IMG/VR virus record: IMGVR_UViG_3300038412_000036
Location: 3,123 to 67,122 of that record
DNA length: 64,000 bases
Strand: one strand, 5' to 3'
Source of the DNA: a virus
Lineage: Duplodnaviria; Caudoviricetes
This document shows, piece by piece, positions 60,811 to 64,000 of the stretch (within the stretch, counting starts at the first letter, position 1; the number at the start of each line of letters is the position of its first letter). A program made the position numbers and the translations under genes. The notes under the pieces are model-generated. The model was not told the DNA's origin and did no database searches. It saw only the letters and a program-made list of their open reading frames with translations.

Positions 60811-61611
60811 TTAGCGCAGTGTGAATTGTCCGTGATGCCACTCGTAGTCCGGTCTCGGATAGCGTCCGGCGTCCGGGTCGCGCATAATGAAGCCGTCCGA
60901 ATCGCGGAGACGGATGCGCGCGACGCCACCGCGCACGTCCACTTCCATCACGTCGGCGATCTCAGGGTGGTCGCTCGACGTGCCGTGATAGACCTTGGCT
61001 CCGATGTTCCAGCCCTCGTTGATATACCAGTGCTTGCGGTCAACCGCATGGCTGTAGGCGGCGTACTGTGTCAGGAACGTGCGCTCCGCCTCCTCTGGCG
61101 TCCATGGTTCGATCTTGATGCCCAGCGGCTCCAGCTTGTGGCCCCAGTCGTTGCCGCTGCGGCTCATGAGCTGGTCCCGTTCGTCAACGATGATGCGGCT
61201 ATCAAGTTCATCCTGAAAGCTCGGGATTGGCAAGTCGCCCCAGCCCATCCACTGGCGAATGACGCCGTTGATGCCATGATCCCAGACGCGGTACTCCGGC
61301 ATGTGCTGCTTCACCGGGCGCGGCACGTCAACCAGATACGCCTCGGGAGCGTCATGCATCAGGATTTGCAGCGCGTCGAGTGCGGACCCTCCGCGATTCA
61401 CGACCCACTGCGCGAGCAGCGACGAGTGCTGCGCGACCGGGTAAAAGAACGCAGTGTGCCCGGAGTAGCGGCCCTGATTCGAGAGCGCATGTGCGATGTC
61501 GATGATCGACAACGCCTCGGGCTTCGGGTCGAGCGGATAGAAGGCGCGACCGGTGTAGGTCTCGATGAATTGCGCGGCCTTGTACTTGGTATCGGTTGCG
61601 AGCTGTGTCAT
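60811..61611 (-). CDS. HD-domain nucleotide phosphohydrolase
   Basis: DIAHALS...RY.GH....Y.VAQHS...LMHDA.EAY..D..RPVK. Confidence 0.85.
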   Translation of the reverse strand: MTQLATDTKYKAAQFIETYTGRAFYPLDPKPEALSIIDIAHALSNQGRYSGHTAFFYPVAQHSSLLAQWVVNRGGSALDALQILMHDAPEAYLVDVPRPVKQHMPEYRVWDHGINGVIRQWMGWGDLPIPSFQDELDSRIIVDERDQLMSRSGNDWGHKLEPLGIKIEPWTPEEAERTFLTQYAAYSHAVDRKHWYINEGWNIGAKVYHGTSSDHPEIADVMEVDVRGGVARIRLRDSDGFIMRDPDAGRYPRPDYEWHHGQFTLR

Positions 61612-61796
61612 GTGATGTTTTCCAGTTGGTCGTAGCCCCGCAAAATCTTCTGTGCAAAAATGTACGCCTCGTCGGACTGCAAAATCTGGTAGCTGATCAC
61701 GCCGTCGATATTGCAGTGCGAGATTCGCATGAGCCCAAGCTCTTTGTCGATCTGCACCTTGTAGTCATCCGCCGATTTCGGATCGATCTTTGTCAT
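61608..61796 (-). CDS. hypothetical protein
   Basis: ORF track; ATGA overlap. Confidence 0.6.
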   Translation of the reverse strand: MTKIDPKSADDYKVQIDKELGLMRISHCNIDGVISYQILQSDEAYIFAQKILRGYDQLENIT

Positions 61797-61805
61797 GCCC
61801 CGCCC

Positions 61806-64000
61806 CTACTTCCTCAATCTTTCGCCGATCCAGCCTTCGGCCGCAATCGGCATCCCCGGTGCCCAAGCCGGAGCTTCTGCCATCAGTGCCTCAAATTCGC
61901 CAAGAGTGCAAGCCCCTTTGTCAGCTTCCGCCACAACTTCGTCATGGATGGACAGGAGCAGATCAAAATCGTCGAGCTGATCGACGCGAAGCATTGACTC
62001 CGCGAGAAGATCACGCGAGGATGCTTGGTCGAAGTTCTCCACGAGCGTACCGCCGTGGGTTCCGCAGCGCTTCCACTGCCGGGTGTAGGTGTCGCGGCCC
62101 ATGAACGAAAGGTGCGGTTGTTCGAATGTCTCCGGACTGTCGGGCAGCAAAATCTTCTTCTGCTTCGCGGCCAGCTTCTCGGCGTGCGCGCGAACGCGGA
62201 ACAGCGGCACGCTCTTGCGCTTGACCGGCACCGTGACGATGGTTGCGCTGCCGCGCTCGTTCCGCGCACGGAACCGGTAGTTGAGCCGAACGTGCACCTC
62301 GGGATAGAGGTAGGCGAGCAGCCGTCCGCTCGGCAGGCGGCAGTGCAGGAAGTCGCGATCCATGAAGTAGCTCACCGAGCCGATGCCAAGCTCGTCGCCG
62401 CCGCAGGAATATTCGCCGCCGTAGAGCACGGCGTTGCATGCCGCAGCCTCGGCGTCCTTCCAGAGCGCCGGGACCTCGGGATACATCTTCTTCCGGTACA
62501 GCATGACGATCTTCTGGCAGAACAGGTCGTCGAGCCAAATGCCCTCGTCCATCCAGACCGTCATCTGGAATTTCTCCCAGCCCATGGCGTAGCCCAGCCC
62601 AAGAATGGCTTTCTTGCCGAGCTGGCGTTCGGTCTTGTCGGCCTTGGTGATCGGGCGGCCGTAGATCGCCGTAGCCATGTCGAGATACGGATCGCCGCCG
62701 GGAGTGTTGAACAGGTTGAGCAGGCGGGTGCAGCCGGACAGCCACGCGAGCTTGCGCGCCTCGATGGCGTTGAAGTCGGCAGCGTAGAGCACGCGGCCCG
62801 GAGTCGCCGTCAGCGCGCCGCGCGCAGCCTTGGCGATAGCGACCATCGGCTCGCCCCACATCATCGTGATCAGGCTGAAGTCGAGATGCTTCAGGTCGTG
62901 CCAGAAGTCCATCATCTCGTCGCGGCCATCGATCAGCTTCTTGTAGCCCGCGCCGTAGCCGCGCACGAAGTTATGCGGCTGCACACCCTTACCTGACCAG
63001 CGGCCGGTGCGGTCGGCACCGTTGTAGAGCATGATGTCGTGAAGGCGCGGCTCGCCCTCCTTCTTTTCGACATAGCTGTCAAGCATGCGGCGATACTTCG
63101 CGACGGAGGACTTGTTACCCTCCATCGCGATCTCCAGCACGCGCTTGATCGGCACGCCCGCCTCCCCGAGCGCAGCCCACTTCTCGTCCATCTTCGGTTT
63201 GTTGGTCTCTTTCGCCGCGTCGCCCGCTTTGGTCGGCACACCATAGAGCGCGAAGGAGAACGTGTCGGCCTTCGTGTCAGGTAGTGGCGCAACGTTGAGC
63301 GCGGTCAGTTTCTTGTTAATCCACTTGAGCAGCGGTTTGCGACGGGTGAAGCCCTCCACCTCGCCTTCCGTCTCTTTCCTCAGCTCCATGTTGAGCCGGA
63401 TCGCCTCGGTCTTCGCAGTCTTCAGACCAAGCTCCGCTGCCTCCTTGTCGAGGTAGATGCCCCGATCATTCATCTTGAAGTCCATGACCCAGTACGCGCG
63501 CTCGCGCTCGGACATCTCGGGGCAATACTTCGACAAAGCGTGTTCCGCGAGCACGTCGTCGCCGCAATATTCCCAGTTCTCCCGGTGCAGCGCCTCGTCC
63601 TCGTTCCAGCGGAGCACCCGCTTGGCTTCAGGGTCATATTCCGGAATGACGATATCAGACTGATACGGTTTCGGCACTGTCAGCGTGCGGTACTCGCCGC
63701 CGATAATGCCGTCCCACTCCAGCCATCCGCGATCTTTGCATCGATTGAGGACGACTTGGATGGACTGGCCCGGCTCCTTCACAAGCTCGGGAGGGTAGAA
63801 GGCGAGGATCGGCTCCAGCTCGCGCTTCGCCTCCGCCGACGTAAAGGTCGTGCCCGGCGGGAAGAGCGCGAATAGTTGCTTCGCGCAAGCCTTCTGGTGC
63901 TTGTCGCCCGGCTTGATGACGACGGGCTTGTTCGAAGACGACATCGGCTTCGACAGCCGTTGGATCAGATACCGGCCGCGCGGGTTCTTGCGCCGATCCA
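61806..64000 (-). CDS. polA: DNA polymerase family A (5' end outside window)
   Basis: YNGADRTGRWSG, motif A ADFNAIEAR, motif B RQLGKKAILGLGY, motif C IHDEVV; exonuclease YC.DDV; frame stays open to window end. Confidence 0.93.
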   Translation of the reverse strand, partial: DRRKNPRGRYLIQRLSKPMSSSNKPVVIKPGDKHQKACAKQLFALFPPGTTFTSAEAKRELEPILAFYPPELVKEPGQSIQVVLNRCKDRGWLEWDGIIGGEYRTLTVPKPYQSDIVIPEYDPEAKRVLRWNEDEALHRENWEYCGDDVLAEHALSKYCPEMSERERAYWVMDFKMNDRGIYLDKEAAELGLKTAKTEAIRLNMELRKETEGEVEGFTRRKPLLKWINKKLTALNVAPLPDTKADTFSFALYGVPTKAGDAAKETNKPKMDEKWAALGEAGVPIKRVLEIAMEGNKSSVAKYRRMLDSYVEKKEGEPRLHDIMLYNGADRTGRWSGKGVQPHNFVRGYGAGYKKLIDGRDEMMDFWHDLKHLDFSLITMMWGEPMVAIAKAARGALTATPGRVLYAADFNAIEARKLAWLSGCTRLLNLFNTPGGDPYLDMATAIYGRPITKADKTERQLGKKAILGLGYAMGWEKFQMTVWMDEGIWLDDLFCQKIVMLYRKKMYPEVPALWKDAEAAACNAVLYGGEYSCGGDELGIGSVSYFMDRDFLHCRLPSGRLLAYLYPEVHVRLNYRFRARNERGSATIVTVPVKRKSVPLFRVRAHAEKLAAKQKKILLPDSPETFEQPHLSFMGRDTYTRQWKRCGTHGGTLVENFDQASSRDLLAESMLRVDQLDDFDLLLSIHDEVVAEADKGACTLGEFEALMAEAPAWAPGMPIAAEGWIGERLRK

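Overview
The window is most of a long-tailed dsDNA phage genome (siphovirus-type gene set, GC-rich) that probably infects an alphaproteobacterium. The host inference rests on CtrA-type TTAA-N7-TTAAC boxes and rhizobial-type CTTGAC-N17-CTATAW promoters. Layout: (1) 1-7.1 kb small accessory genes, with two HicA-like paralogs, many tiny membrane peptides, three tRNAs (Pro-CGG, Gln-CTG, Asn-GTT) and a short minus-strand early cluster; (2) 7.2-11.4 kb a coupled array of small proteins sharing short peptide tags; (3) 12.6-41.4 kb morphogenesis, from terminase, portal, a MuF remnant, scaffold, a head-region fibre module and major capsid through connectors, tail tube, frameshifted chaperone, tape measure, tail tip and fibres; (4) 41.5-46.9 kb a glycosylation cluster (GT9, GT2, Maf/DUF115-like, RmlB-like, Glf); (5) 47-49.9 kb lysis; (6) 50-64 kb a minus-strand replication/nucleotide-metabolism arm ending in a 5'-truncated family A DNA polymerase. 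No integrase, CRISPR array or reverse transcriptase is visible. The best candidate for an undescribed system is the array at 7.66-10.57 kb. Five ORFs there begin with the same peptide MKDAxGHGSNxRG, conserved as protein but not as DNA and fused to unrelated cargo domains, and five ORFs carry a second tag, AxxLxxG(H)xKSxxxPxHxxM. This resembles a modular capsid-targeting/cargo-loading system like T4 internal proteins. Other notable items: five identically spaced CtrA-box promoters, five GCTAG late promoters, a stand-alone copy of the scaffold C-terminal motif, and a DpnI-like winged-helix insert in the polymerase. All family assignments are by eye from motifs; no database search was run.
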